Source: an uncultured bacterium | GTDB lineage: Bacteria; Oederibacteriota; JAAXVQ01; JAUVAV01 | Assembly (NCBI GenBank): GCA_963710755.1 | Contig: CAVQBK010000013.1 | Location: 128,001 to 192,000, forward strand | Direction: 5' to 3' | DNA length: 64,000 nt | In this document: one piece after another, positions 9,612-19,629 of the stretch | How the letters are laid out: the number at the start of each line of letters is the position of its first letter | Numbering within the stretch: position 1 is the first letter of the stretch | The notes under the pieces: model-generated | Database searches by the model: none | Seen by the model: only the letters and a program-made list of their open reading frames with translations | What the model was told of the DNA's origin: nothing | Translations under genes and position numbers: made by a program

Positions 9612-11387
9612 TTATTGCTCCTTTCGGGAAAATGCGCGGAAGGATGTGCCCTCCTCAGGAATACTCCAACGGAAAAATTCAATAAAATTGAGGCGCAGCC
9701 CATGGATCACACCGCTGGCCATGGCCAGCATAAAATTAATGCCATGACCGAAAAGCAAAATAAAAAACGCCGCCACCAATCCCAATCCCGGGAGGCTTTG
9801 GTTGACCTGGCCGGCAAGATGATTAAAGGTCGTGGCCAGAGAAGCGCTTGCCAGTCCCAGGGCAAACAAGCGCAGGTAACTCATTATGTCACCAAAAGCG
9901 CCCGACACCTGGGCCAATTGGCCCAGACCACCAAACAATCGCTTGGCCAAACTACCCCTGGTGACGCTAAACCCGGCGACCAGCATCGCGCCGAGGCTCA
10001 GCAGCACCATGCTCTGCGTCTGAACCGAAGAGACTTGCAGGTGCAGCACACCCGAGAACCACCACCAGCCTGCGCCCATAAGCATGAGGCACCATCCCAA
10101 AGAGGACAGTGCCCTGAGCTCGCGCCGCCAATGCCAGGTATTAGCGGTATTAGCCACCAGCAGATGAACCAGCCCAATGGCCAGGGAAAGATTCATCATT
10201 ACCTTAAAGTCATTAATATCCAGCAGCTTTAATTGCCCCAGCCAGGCATGACCCTGCAGGCTGACGCCGAAGTAACTGCCCACCATCACGCCCCATAGCA
10301 AAGAAGCCGCCACCAGGCTAAGCAGCAGCCTGCGAAAACGTATTTGCCAGGCCGTAGCATTTAATCTTTTCCACAGCAAGGCCAAAGCCGCGGCCATCAC
10401 CAGGGCATAACCGGCATCGGAGATAATAATGGCATAAAAAACGGCAAAGGAAAAAAAGACCACCACCGAAGGATCCCAGAGCCAATAGCTGGGCATGGTG
10501 TAAAATTGAACCAAATCCTGACCCCCGGCCACAGCCGGCTGATTGTGCAGCAAGGTGGGCGGCGTTTCGTCAGGGCCGGGGTCTGCCATCTCCAAGGCCA
10601 GGCCATGGTCTTGGCTGTACGTTTTCAACCGGCCGGCCTTATGCTTGGGTGCCCAGGCTTGCAACGCAAAAACATCGGGCGTATCCAATGTTTGCCGGGC
10701 AGCCTCCAGTCTGCCGGCCTGATCCTCCAGACGGCCCAGATTCTTGGCGAACAAAGCGCACCAGCGGGTCAGACTGACCCGTTCATTTTCCAGCTCATCC
10801 ATTTCCAGCTCCACCTCTTCCAGGCGCTCCGCCAGACGGCTGAGACTGTCATGCCCCAGATGAGTACGGTGAACCGGCATGTCCTTGGGTTCGTGCTTGG
10901 CCATCACCACCACATAATTGAAACGATTATCCTGGGCCACCAGTTCCCAGGTCAGGTTTTTTTTATCCAGTATAGGCAGTTGGCGGTGAGTCAGAATATA
11001 AAACCAGAAGCGCCAATGCCCCATGTTCTGGGCCGGCTCCATTTTAAAATCGCCCCAGGGCTTGAGCTCTTCTATTTTATTTTTCAGGGCATCCTGATCA
11101 TCTTCTAGAATTTGTATCCGCTCTTTGATTTCCAGCACCCGGGCCTGGACAGCTTCAATATCGAAGGCTTGCGGATCCTTGAGTTGTTTGCGCCGGCGAG
11201 GACAGCTCAGCAGGTATTGCAACGCCTCTCTGGCTTGGGCCGTAGGTCCGCTGTCAGAACTTTTTTCCCCGCTGGCGGTGAGCGGAATGATGTGTAAAAT
11301 GCCCATAGCTTGCAGATCGAGCAGAACCTGGGCTTTTTCCTGCAGGGGCCCATAAAAGGTGATTTTGGCCAGCGCCTGAATACTCAT
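9612..11387 (-). CDS. atpI: V/A-type ATPase subunit I (a)
   Basis: PPTLL, DAGY, DIMSYLRLFALG, HGLRLNFIEF motifs. Confidence 0.95.
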   Translation of the reverse strand: MSIQALAKITFYGPLQEKAQVLLDLQAMGILHIIPLTASGEKSSDSGPTAQAREALQYLLSCPRRRKQLKDPQAFDIEAVQARVLEIKERIQILEDDQDALKNKIEELKPWGDFKMEPAQNMGHWRFWFYILTHRQLPILDKKNLTWELVAQDNRFNYVVVMAKHEPKDMPVHRTHLGHDSLSRLAERLEEVELEMDELENERVSLTRWCALFAKNLGRLEDQAGRLEAARQTLDTPDVFALQAWAPKHKAGRLKTYSQDHGLALEMADPGPDETPPTLLHNQPAVAGGQDLVQFYTMPSYWLWDPSVVVFFSFAVFYAIIISDAGYALVMAAALALLWKRLNATAWQIRFRRLLLSLVAASLLWGVMVGSYFGVSLQGHAWLGQLKLLDINDFKVMMNLSLAIGLVHLLVANTANTWHWRRELRALSSLGWCLMLMGAGWWWFSGVLHLQVSSVQTQSMVLLSLGAMLVAGFSVTRGSLAKRLFGGLGQLAQVSGAFGDIMSYLRLFALGLASASLATTFNHLAGQVNQSLPGLGLVAAFFILLFGHGINFMLAMASGVIHGLRLNFIEFFRWSIPEEGTSFRAFSRKEQ

Positions 11388-11402
11388 AACCCGCTCCCCC
11401 TA

Positions 11403-12017
11403 CTATGATGACCAAGACGGCCGTGATCGTTCATGCATTTGCTTGGCAATTTTGGACCGCACCACCGCAGCCCGTTCCGCATCACCCAGAAAAATCCGGA
11501 TACGGGCAATAGTGGTTTCTGTCTGCGGAATCAACACTTTCTTGAACAGATTTACCCGCTGAGTAATGCGCTTGACAGCCTGGGCCAGTAAATTTACCCG
11601 TCGGGCCATGACCTGCAAACGGGCCCGAAGGTCCAGCATGATTTTCATTTCCTTGACCAGGCGGTCCACCCAATGCGGCTTGGCCAGCATGGAATAGGGA
11701 TAAACAAAAAAGGCAACCTCTTCCAGTTTGGGCAACACCACGCCCACCACATTTTCCTGGCCGAGCCGCACGTCTTTAATCTTTACCAGACCGGCCACGG
11801 CGATGGCCTTATTGGCCAGCATAGGCAATTGAGCGCCCACCAAAGCCAGAGCCTCTCGCTCCTGCTGATGCAGGGTGCCGAGCGCTCTTTCCGCCTTTCT
11901 TTGTTCCCCCAGCAGCTGCATGCGCTTGAGCTCCAGCGAAGGCAGGAGCCGCTGATACAGTTTTAATTTAACCCGCTCTTTTTGCAGGCTGCTTTTATTC
12001 ATCGAAATTCTGCTCAT
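11403..12017 (-). CDS. atpD: V/A-type ATPase subunit D
   Basis: LPSLELKR and TQRVNLFKKVLIP motifs. Confidence 0.93.
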   Translation of the reverse strand: MSRISMNKSSLQKERVKLKLYQRLLPSLELKRMQLLGEQRKAERALGTLHQQEREALALVGAQLPMLANKAIAVAGLVKIKDVRLGQENVVGVVLPKLEEVAFFVYPYSMLAKPHWVDRLVKEMKIMLDLRARLQVMARRVNLLAQAVKRITQRVNLFKKVLIPQTETTIARIRIFLGDAERAAVVRSKIAKQMHERSRPSWSS

Positions 12018-12064
12018 GGTTTATCCTTATGGTCCATGCAAGTTGTATAACTCCATCTCACGGC

Positions 12065-12086
12065 GGGGTTCAACCTGTTGAACCCC
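12065..12086. repeat. REP-like palindrome between subunits B and D
   Basis: GGGGTTCAAC-CT-GTTGAACCCC, similar to the copy at 39147-39172. Confidence 0.6.
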
Positions 12087-12146
12087 TGCAATGAGCGCTT
12101 CACCCCTGTCTATGTCCGCAGTGTATGTTTATGAGTTGTCTTTTTT

Positions 12147-13511
12147 TTATTTCGGCGATACGGCCTGGTCTTCGGCCTGCTGTGCCTGTGCTTTATCGTT
12201 TCCCGGGTAATATTTATCGATTAAGCTCTGCTTCATCAGCAATTCTTCCGGCTGAAAACACTCGGCCAGGGTCTCCCAGCACCGGTCCAGGGCTTGGAGT
12301 ACGGGCATAGCCACTTCGATGGCCATGAAGCGCTCGCGAAACAGTCGGCCAAACTTCAGAAGTTTCTGATCATAATCGGAAAGTTCAAACGCCATGGCCT
12401 GCTTGCGCTGGGTTTCCATAGCCTCTGAATAAAAGCGAATCATGGTATTCATGATCTGGCCGTGGTCTTCCCTGGTGGCTTTGCCCACCACATGCTGTTT
12501 GAGGCGCGACAGGCTGCCAAAGGGGTCGATCATCTTTTGGTAAAGATAAAGCTGGCCTTCCGTGATGTAACCGGTGTTGTCCGGCACGGGATGGGTTACG
12601 TCATTGCCGGGCATGGTGGTCACGGTCAGAATAGTGACCGAGCCGGCACCTTTGTAGTCGCAGGCTTTTTCATAGCGCTTGGCCAGTTGGGTGTAGAGGT
12701 CGCCCAGATAACCCCTGGTGGCGGGAATGCGCTCCATGGCAATACCGATCTCCTTCATGGCGTCGGCATAAGCGGTCATGTCGGTCATGAGCACCAGCAC
12801 CCTTTTATGCTGGTTAACGGCAAAGTGTTCAGCCACGGCCAGGGCCAGGTCAGGCACCTGCAGGCGCTCCACGATGGGGTCGGAAGCCAGGTTGACGTAC
12901 ATCACAGTGCGATGAAACACGCCGTGGTCTTCAAAAGCTTTGCGGAAAAAATAATAATCGTCAAAAATCAAGCCTAACCCGGCAAACACCACCACATCGG
13001 CATCAGCCTGAAAGCCGATGCGCGCCAGCAGTTGGTTGTAAGGTTCACCGGCCACGGAAAAAATGGGTATTTTCTGGCTCTCCACCAGGGAATTGAACAG
13101 GTCGATCATGGGCACTTCGGTCTGAATCATGTTGGAAGGCATAACCCGCATCATGGGGTTGACCGTGGGCCCCATGACATTGATGGTGGGGTCCGTGGAC
13201 AGGTCGGGGCCGTCATCCAGAATGTCGCCGGACCCTTTGAAAATGCGGCCCAAAATGTTGTCGGAACAGGTAACTTTGAGAGGATGGCCTAGAAAGCGGA
13301 CATGGGCGTCCGTGGACAGGCCCTTGCTGCCGCTGAAGACTTGCAGCCGTACCAAAGGACCGTTGAGTTCCACCACCTTGGCCAGGGACTGCTCACGTGC
13401 GCCAAACTCCACCACCGCCAAATCGCCGAAGGCAATATCATCAGCCTTGACGGTGATGGTGTCCCCGATGATTTCAAGGATTTGCGTATGCCGCCGCAGT
13501 TCTTCAAACAT
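12147..13511 (-). CDS. atpB: V/A-type ATPase subunit B
   Basis: SQKIPIFS, TDMTAYADA, HPVPDNTGYITEGQ, SLSRLK; start set at MFEELRR (13511) after GGGAGAG. Confidence 0.95.
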   Translation of the reverse strand: MFEELRRHTQILEIIGDTITVKADDIAFGDLAVVEFGAREQSLAKVVELNGPLVRLQVFSGSKGLSTDAHVRFLGHPLKVTCSDNILGRIFKGSGDILDDGPDLSTDPTINVMGPTVNPMMRVMPSNMIQTEVPMIDLFNSLVESQKIPIFSVAGEPYNQLLARIGFQADADVVVFAGLGLIFDDYYFFRKAFEDHGVFHRTVMYVNLASDPIVERLQVPDLALAVAEHFAVNQHKRVLVLMTDMTAYADAMKEIGIAMERIPATRGYLGDLYTQLAKRYEKACDYKGAGSVTILTVTTMPGNDVTHPVPDNTGYITEGQLYLYQKMIDPFGSLSRLKQHVVGKATREDHGQIMNTMIRFYSEAMETQRKQAMAFELSDYDQKLLKFGRLFRERFMAIEVAMPVLQALDRCWETLAECFQPEELLMKQSLIDKYYPGNDKAQAQQAEDQAVSPK

Positions 13512-13673
13512 GCGCTTGCTCTCCCAACCCGGTGTTTTTGACAGGCGTCGATGGCATGGCCTGCCTGTGATTTGAAGTGCTGTTTCGAAGTGCCGCGTCT
13601 TGACTGAAGCGTCTTTAATTATGCAATGAAAGCCGGAGGCATGCAAGGGCAATGATCGACCTTAAAAGCGGAC

Positions 13674-14309
13674 CTAGCCCAGCCACCCTGGGAACAACTC
13701 GGTCAGACCATTGGCCATAAATTGCACGGCTGCCGCGGACAGCAGCAACCCCATCAGGCGCGTTGAGATTTTAAGGCCATTGGCCCCCAGAAATTTACTG
13801 ACCGGCCTGGCCAGACTGAGGATAAGACCGGTCAGAAGGCCGATGAGCAGACTGATGCCAAGCAGCAGCATATAATGATGCATGCCGCTATGACGATGAG
13901 CAAAGAGAATCATGGAACTGATGGCGCCAGGACCGCTTAGCAGGGGTATGGCCAGAGGCACAAAAATATAGCCATCGTCCTTTGGATTGGTTTCAGCCAA
14001 TTCAGCGCGGTCGAGCTGAAAGCGATGGTCAGCCAGCATCATTTTAATGCCGATCAGGAGAAGTAAAATACCCCCGGCCACACGAAAAGAGGCAATCTGA
14101 ATGCCAAAGGCTTCCAGCAATTTCTCACCGGCAAGCGCAGACAAGGCCAGTACGACAAACACCGTGGCCGCAGCCAGCCAAGCCGCTCGTTGCTTACCTT
14201 TGAGGGCACCTTCCCCTACCAGAGAAAGCAAAACCGGTATGCCGCCAATGGGATCGACAATGGCCAGCAAGGTAATGAACATGTTAACGTACTCGTGGAT
14301 GTTTTTCAT
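13674..14309 (-). CDS. MarC-family inner membrane protein
   Basis: IVDPIG, FRVAGGILL, PLAIPLLSGPGAI, RLMGLLL motifs. Confidence 0.92.
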   Translation of the reverse strand: MKNIHEYVNMFITLLAIVDPIGGIPVLLSLVGEGALKGKQRAAWLAAATVFVVLALSALAGEKLLEAFGIQIASFRVAGGILLLLIGIKMMLADHRFQLDRAELAETNPKDDGYIFVPLAIPLLSGPGAISSMILFAHRHSGMHHYMLLLGISLLIGLLTGLILSLARPVSKFLGANGLKISTRLMGLLLSAAAVQFMANGLTELFPGWLG

Positions 14310-14321
14310 GACCTTTAATCC

Positions 14322-17300
14322 TCATGCGGCTTGAAACGGGCCGCGCAGACGTCGCCGGGGATGACCCGGTATCGGCGGCCTCGCGGGCAAGATTATGGAT
14401 CTAATTTTTTCCAAAAGCAAGATCAAAGGTGTAAAGAACCTTGTCTTGTTCATGTTCGCCGTGGTCAGGCTGTGGTTGATCCAATTCTTCATCAGCTCGA
14501 TTAACCAAGTTAACCCAAGACTGCTTATCATCACGGCTGCCGCCAAACCAGGTCCTTGCCAGTGGCCATTCATTACCGCCAGAGCCAGATGTCCGGCAGC
14601 CCCCACAGCCAGCAGCAGCGTTAGTCCGCTGAAGGTCACCATACCCTGCATGGAAGACGGTCCTTTGAGGATGGCCTTCACCCACGACGGGATACCTACA
14701 TCCTTCTCACTGGGATTCAGGAAACGAAGAATCCAATCCATATCATCGGGTCCCAACCATTCTGCCTCACAAAGGGGTTTAAAATAATCGTTTTGCAATA
14801 ATTGGCGCAGGTCCTGGTTATGGTTTAAATACTGGGCTTTTCCGGCCCGGCCCATGTCCGCTATCACCACCGGCAGGATGCCGGCCAAGGCTGTCTTTTT
14901 GGTATCATGGGTGCTGCGCCAAACCACTTTGGCCAAATGATCACCCAGGGTTCTGACCAGAGACAGGTCTTGGCCCTGTATTAAATAGGTTTCTTCAAGC
15001 ACCGTTGTACGCAGCCGCTCCATTTCATGGAGCTGGTCCGTCACCACTTCCTCCAGACTTTTAGGGTGCGCCACCACCGAATTTCCGGCAAGCGCTTGAA
15101 AAGAAACCCGGTCCAGCTGCTCTGCAGATAGTAATGTGTGATTCCCTTGCATCACCGTAAAATATTTAAAATATCGGTTAAGCAATGCTTTGATGGCCGG
15201 GAACATGACCCGATCTATCCGCAAGGTTGCATAAGTCTTGTCGGTCATGATTTTGGTGCGGAGGAAATTCATTGCCGTAAAGGTAAACCCCGCGGGCACA
15301 ACGTCTCCCTTTGACAGAGGTTGGAGCACCATCTGACCGAGAGCCTTATCCAAAGTCAATACCATGCGCCCTACAAAGGCCCCGCGGTTTTTATCTGATA
15401 ATCGTTTCCACCTTACCGGTTTGCTCTTCATAAGGTAAAAGTCATAAATAGATCCCCTCATTTTGTTGACGACGAAATGCTGCCATGGGTTAAACACGTT
15501 GGCCAACCCATTCAAATCGGGATCAAAATCCTGCAGCGCATAGTGCTTCTCCAAATAATGGCGAATGGTGCGTTCCAGTGCCTTCCTATCCGCGGACTTG
15601 GCAGCAAACCTTGCCAGCACTAGTGGACGCATGGCTTCCTCTACACCGGGAAGACCGGCAAGTGCTTTAATAGCCTCGCGATTATTCAGGCCCAGTTGCT
15701 GCCATAAAGGGCCTTTTTGCGGATCCAGCAAGCTTTCCAGCGACATTTGCTGGAGTTCTAATTTTTGCTCCCCATTGATCAGGCTGGTCGTAGGGAGAAT
15801 GACGTTGAGCAGGATGTTGGCCAGGGCATGTTCCAGAAAGGGTTTCACGGTCTCGGGCTTTTGAGCGCGCTGTTCCAAGCCCTGCACGATGGCGGTCAGG
15901 ATCTGGTGTTGTTTTTCTTGTTCCACGCCATAGTATTGCAAGGTTAAAATAAATTGCCGTAGCCGCCCTGCTTCGTGAGCCATGACGCCTGGGGGAGAAA
16001 ACCATAGGGCCAGAGCCTGCTTCAAGTCATCGTCCTGCCCCGAAGCCAAGGACCAGATCCATTGATCCAGTGAAGTAAGAACCGGCGGCCCTTCCAAGGA
16101 AGAGGGATGGGCCCGGATTTGTTCCAACAACAGGCCATGGCAGGCACTCAAGATTTGCAAGGATTTTAAAGGTTGTTTCTTCGTCTCAGCCATCACCAGC
16201 CGGTACAGTTGGTCGGACAGCTCCATCAGTCCTTTTCCTTGAGGGGCTGTTAAACCCTGACGTGTGTCGAGGAGCAACGCCAATTTCCAAGCTAAGAGGT
16301 GATAATCCGCCAGCCTACGTACACCTAGCCGTTCCTGGTTTAATTGAGCCAGACGGGCTGCGGCTTCAGGGTCCAAGAGATCGGGTTCCTTGGCCAGAGT
16401 CTCCACCATCAGGCCGACCCAGCGTAAAGGAGTGGGCCTCCCTTCGGCTCTCACCTTTTGAAAAAAGAGATCACCAGGGGCAGCCATTCTCTGTAACATT
16501 TTGAGGTTTTGGTCCAATTCATGATTCTGGTCTTCCGGTGTATACGCCAGCCAGGCGGTTAAAAGTTTATAAAACAACAGGTTGTAGTCATCACCAAACC
16601 AATTTTCCAGCCGGCTGCGCATTTGTATAAAATCATCGAGCGATTCCAAAGGCCTGCGCTGAGCCTGCCGCACCAGATAATGGTTAAAAAAGGGTAAGTC
16701 CTTTGGGTTAATGGACCAGGGGACGGTTCCGCGCTTGAAAGGACGATTGAGCCAGGCTTCAGTCACTTCTGCAAGCAGTTGGGGCTGGTCTGAAAGGGTC
16801 AGGCCAAAATACCGGTGCAGGCTGCCTATGTAAACCTGCTGGCTCGGTGCGGCAGCCACCAGCAGGGATTTGAGGAGAGTCGATTTATCTGCTCGGGGCA
16901 GTTGCAGGTTAAAGTATTGCTGGAACCAGGGCCCAAAAAGACGGGGGCAACGGTCTATCATCCAGTAAGCCAGTCGGCGTTTGATTCGCCAGTCAGCTTG
17001 CTGCAGTTTTTTCTGGAAAGATTGCCAGCGGCGGTCATGCATACTGACATCCTGTAGGTTCAGAGTTTGCACATCCTTTTTCCATCGGGGCACCCAGTCG
17101 GGCTGAGGTTCAGATCCGCTGCTGGTCATCATACCTAATAAGCCCGGTATTAAGGTTGTAAAGTCATGGTCCATCACTGCCTTGATCGTATAGCCCAGCA
17201 CCACGGCAGCAGCTCCGGTCATCAGCAAGCGTCGGGATCCCCAGGCTTTCACAGCCAAGGCCTTCACCCCTTTCTTCGCAGTTTTCCCCAGAGGGCGCCA

Positions 17301-18761
17301 TGAAAAAGCGCGTTCCATCGCAGGGCGCACCCCTTTCCAGGCGCGCTGAACTTCTTCAGCCGAAGCCTGATAAATCCAAATCTTAAGGTGGCCCAGCCTG
17401 AGGACCATCTCCGGTTTGAGCACTGACGGCAAGTCCTTAACCGGATTGGCTTGAAAAACCACGAGCCGCCTTTGACCGTCAGGTAAAGTCAGCCGTGCCA
17501 TGCGCCAAAGCTCGCTTTGATTCTGACCGGCCATGGTTAAGAGATGCACCAAAAATCGAATCATCTCTTGAAAGCGTTCTTGTTCCCGGGTGAGCGTATG
17601 GCTTCCAGGCATGCTGGTTTTAGGCCCTTGATAAAAGCGCGTAAGCAAAGACAAACTTGCAGGATGCTTGTCCAGATAGGATGCCAGAGCCGTGGCTCTT
17701 TGGGTCAGAAGACCAAAATAAGGATTGGCTGCCTCGGGACGGGTTAGACTGGGGATGATGGAGATGGTGGAAAAACCATGTGCCTGCAAAGCTTGTAGAA
17801 AGTCTTGCGTATGAAATCCTCCGGTCACCACGACGGCCACGTTTTGTTTTTCTTCAGCCATGGTCCGCGCCCAATGGTCTGCAAAAACACGGCTCCGTTG
17901 GTGGGCGGTTGCATAAAAGGTCCTGGCCACCTTAAGTTTGTTATCCAAAAAGACGGGATCATTATTAACCAGCCAGGAAGTCTGCACTGCCCGGGGAAGG
18001 AGATGCAAGCAAGCCTTGATATTGAACCAATGCGGATGAGCCAGGAAGGTCGCCACGTCCTGTGGCGTGGCTGAAATAGTGAGCACTCTTTCCAGTACGT
18101 CCAAGCGTTGCTGCCATGGCTTTAAAACTGAAGACTTGGCATTACTGCCACCAGGAGCAAATTGATTTTGAAGCGCTTCTTTTAAATCCTGGAAGTAACC
18201 CAAGGTTTCGGTGGTTAACAAGGTACGTGCTTGCTGAAGATTGGCTTCATACAAAGCTTTATCTTCAAACCCTTTCACCATCAGAGGCGTGGGATTCAAA
18301 GTTGCACCATATTCAGCGCCTGTGATCAAGCCCTGCTGAAGCAAATAATCTGCGATTGATTGACGAATAACAGGATTGACCAGCCCGCGCAAAGGGGAGA
18401 GATCCAGATAATCCCAAGCGCCTTCCACGCCCACCAGCCTGACGCCTTGATGTTTGGCCAAATAACGGACCAGCCCGGCAATATGACGCTGTACCTCCTC
18501 CTGGCCATGTAGATCCTGCACCTGAATGATCAATGGCCCGGTGCCAAGGTGCCGGCTAACCACGGTGCCCAAGGCTTTGGGTACAGTGACAACCTTAGGA
18601 TCCAGGCTTGGCCGCGCCTTAGGAATAAAAGCCCAGCTCACTTCAGGACTAAGCCAGCTGAGCAACATTATCATGATAAGGCCAGCCCTTAGCTTCCTGT
18701 GGTGCCTGAACAGTGTCAAGGCAACGGGTTTGACCTTTCTGTGATGGGACAACCATTTCAT
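14322..18761 (-). CDS. Giant exported/membrane protein 1 of the QDLH-domain family (~1479 aa)
   Basis: Long intact ORF; probable start MKWLSHH (18761); signal peptide ending PEVSWA; QDLH, GVEG, GAEY, GGFH, NPYF motifs shared with the two other giants. Confidence 0.85.
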   Translation of the reverse strand: MKWLSHHRKVKPVALTLFRHHRKLRAGLIMIMLLSWLSPEVSWAFIPKARPSLDPKVVTVPKALGTVVSRHLGTGPLIIQVQDLHGQEEVQRHIAGLVRYLAKHQGVRLVGVEGAWDYLDLSPLRGLVNPVIRQSIADYLLQQGLITGAEYGATLNPTPLMVKGFEDKALYEANLQQARTLLTTETLGYFQDLKEALQNQFAPGGSNAKSSVLKPWQQRLDVLERVLTISATPQDVATFLAHPHWFNIKACLHLLPRAVQTSWLVNNDPVFLDNKLKVARTFYATAHQRSRVFADHWARTMAEEKQNVAVVVTGGFHTQDFLQALQAHGFSTISIIPSLTRPEAANPYFGLLTQRATALASYLDKHPASLSLLTRFYQGPKTSMPGSHTLTREQERFQEMIRFLVHLLTMAGQNQSELWRMARLTLPDGQRRLVVFQANPVKDLPSVLKPEMVLRLGHLKIWIYQASAEEVQRAWKGVRPAMERAFSWRPLGKTAKKGVKALAVKAWGSRRLLMTGAAAVVLGYTIKAVMDHDFTTLIPGLLGMMTSSGSEPQPDWVPRWKKDVQTLNLQDVSMHDRRWQSFQKKLQQADWRIKRRLAYWMIDRCPRLFGPWFQQYFNLQLPRADKSTLLKSLLVAAAPSQQVYIGSLHRYFGLTLSDQPQLLAEVTEAWLNRPFKRGTVPWSINPKDLPFFNHYLVRQAQRRPLESLDDFIQMRSRLENWFGDDYNLLFYKLLTAWLAYTPEDQNHELDQNLKMLQRMAAPGDLFFQKVRAEGRPTPLRWVGLMVETLAKEPDLLDPEAAARLAQLNQERLGVRRLADYHLLAWKLALLLDTRQGLTAPQGKGLMELSDQLYRLVMAETKKQPLKSLQILSACHGLLLEQIRAHPSSLEGPPVLTSLDQWIWSLASGQDDDLKQALALWFSPPGVMAHEAGRLRQFILTLQYYGVEQEKQHQILTAIVQGLEQRAQKPETVKPFLEHALANILLNVILPTTSLINGEQKLELQQMSLESLLDPQKGPLWQQLGLNNREAIKALAGLPGVEEAMRPLVLARFAAKSADRKALERTIRHYLEKHYALQDFDPDLNGLANVFNPWQHFVVNKMRGSIYDFYLMKSKPVRWKRLSDKNRGAFVGRMVLTLDKALGQMVLQPLSKGDVVPAGFTFTAMNFLRTKIMTDKTYATLRIDRVMFPAIKALLNRYFKYFTVMQGNHTLLSAEQLDRVSFQALAGNSVVAHPKSLEEVVTDQLHEMERLRTTVLEETYLIQGQDLSLVRTLGDHLAKVVWRSTHDTKKTALAGILPVVIADMGRAGKAQYLNHNQDLRQLLQNDYFKPLCEAEWLGPDDMDWILRFLNPSEKDVGIPSWVKAILKGPSSMQGMVTFSGLTLLLAVGAAGHLALAVMNGHWQGPGLAAAVMISSLGLTWLIELMKNWINHSLTTANMNKTRFFTPLILLLEKIRSIILPARPPIPGHPRRRLRGPFQAA

Positions 18762-18856
18762 AAGATGCAAATCGACACCCCAAAAGTCAAGTCGCCTGGG
18801 ACATGTCCTGCCGGTAATTGGCCGGGCAAGGACAGTTGTACCCAAAGGTGCATCCC

Positions 18857-18885
18857 ACTATAACATCAGAAAAAAGGTGCATCAA
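18857..18885 (-). promoter_or_regulatory. Sigma70-type promoter for giant protein 1
   Basis: Minus strand TTGATG-17 nt-TATAGT with extended TG. Confidence 0.55.
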
Positions 18886-19054
18886 TTTTCGATGCCAGGA
18901 AAAATGTATTAAATAATTATATTCAAATAGATTGTTTCATTTTAAGAAAAAAGAAGGTGTACTTTTTTGGAAGATCCTTGAGGATGGGAGCCAGAGCAAA
19001 CCCTTTGGCTTGCCCCTTTGTTTACCCCATGACGGTTATTTCGGTCCACACTTG

Positions 19055-19423
19055 CTACAGTTGATCGAGCGATAAAATGCCCTTAATATCCTTGTCCTGT
19101 CCGATCACCAGGACTTCCCGCTGATTTTGTTCTTTCATCAACTGGGTAACTTCGTCGAGATCATGCTCTTCCAGCACATATTTCACATGACTCTTCATGA
19201 CATCGGCCACCATAAGCTGGTCTACGCCGGATGCGTTTTCCAATCTGTATTGATTAATATCACGTTCTGCAATAATGCCGGTTAATCGGCCATCATTAAA
19301 AACCGGTAAAAAGGCCACACGGCGTGATTTCATTTTAGCTTCCGCTTCCTTGACCGGTAACTGGGATTCAACCAGCTCTACATTTTCAATCATTTTTTCC
19401 TTTACCTGCGCCATTGTTGCCAC
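19055..19423 (-). CDS. CBS-domain pair protein
   Basis: LPV...LTGII.ERDI, VADVM, GILSL pattern; GGAGG RBS. Confidence 0.88.
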   Translation of the reverse strand: MATMAQVKEKMIENVELVESQLPVKEAEAKMKSRRVAFLPVFNDGRLTGIIAERDINQYRLENASGVDQLMVADVMKSHVKYVLEEHDLDEVTQLMKEQNQREVLVIGQDKDIKGILSLDQL

Positions 19424-19629
19424 CTCCCTGTTCTGGTTCGATTTTTCCCTCTCAGTAATTCAATGGCCAACACTATCCTATTGACCAGACCCTTTTGTCT
19501 TACTATAATTACTACTCTAATGTTTTGAAGTCAAATCATTTTTCTTGCAAGTGAAATAGGCATAATTGGGACAACATCGCCGAGGTTCACCTTGCATGAA
19601 AGTATATACCTTCATGAGGAGTTAAAATC

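Noticed and set aside
5217-13575. Long plus-strand ORFs antisense to GH1 and ATPase genes (e.g. 5217..5951, 9615..10232, 10506..11108)
   Set aside because: Shadow ORFs of well-supported minus-strand genes, with no recognisable motifs.
18762-18845. Upstream TTG start for giant 1
   Set aside because: It lies almost on the predicted transcription start; ATG at 18761 gives a leader comparable to the paralogs.
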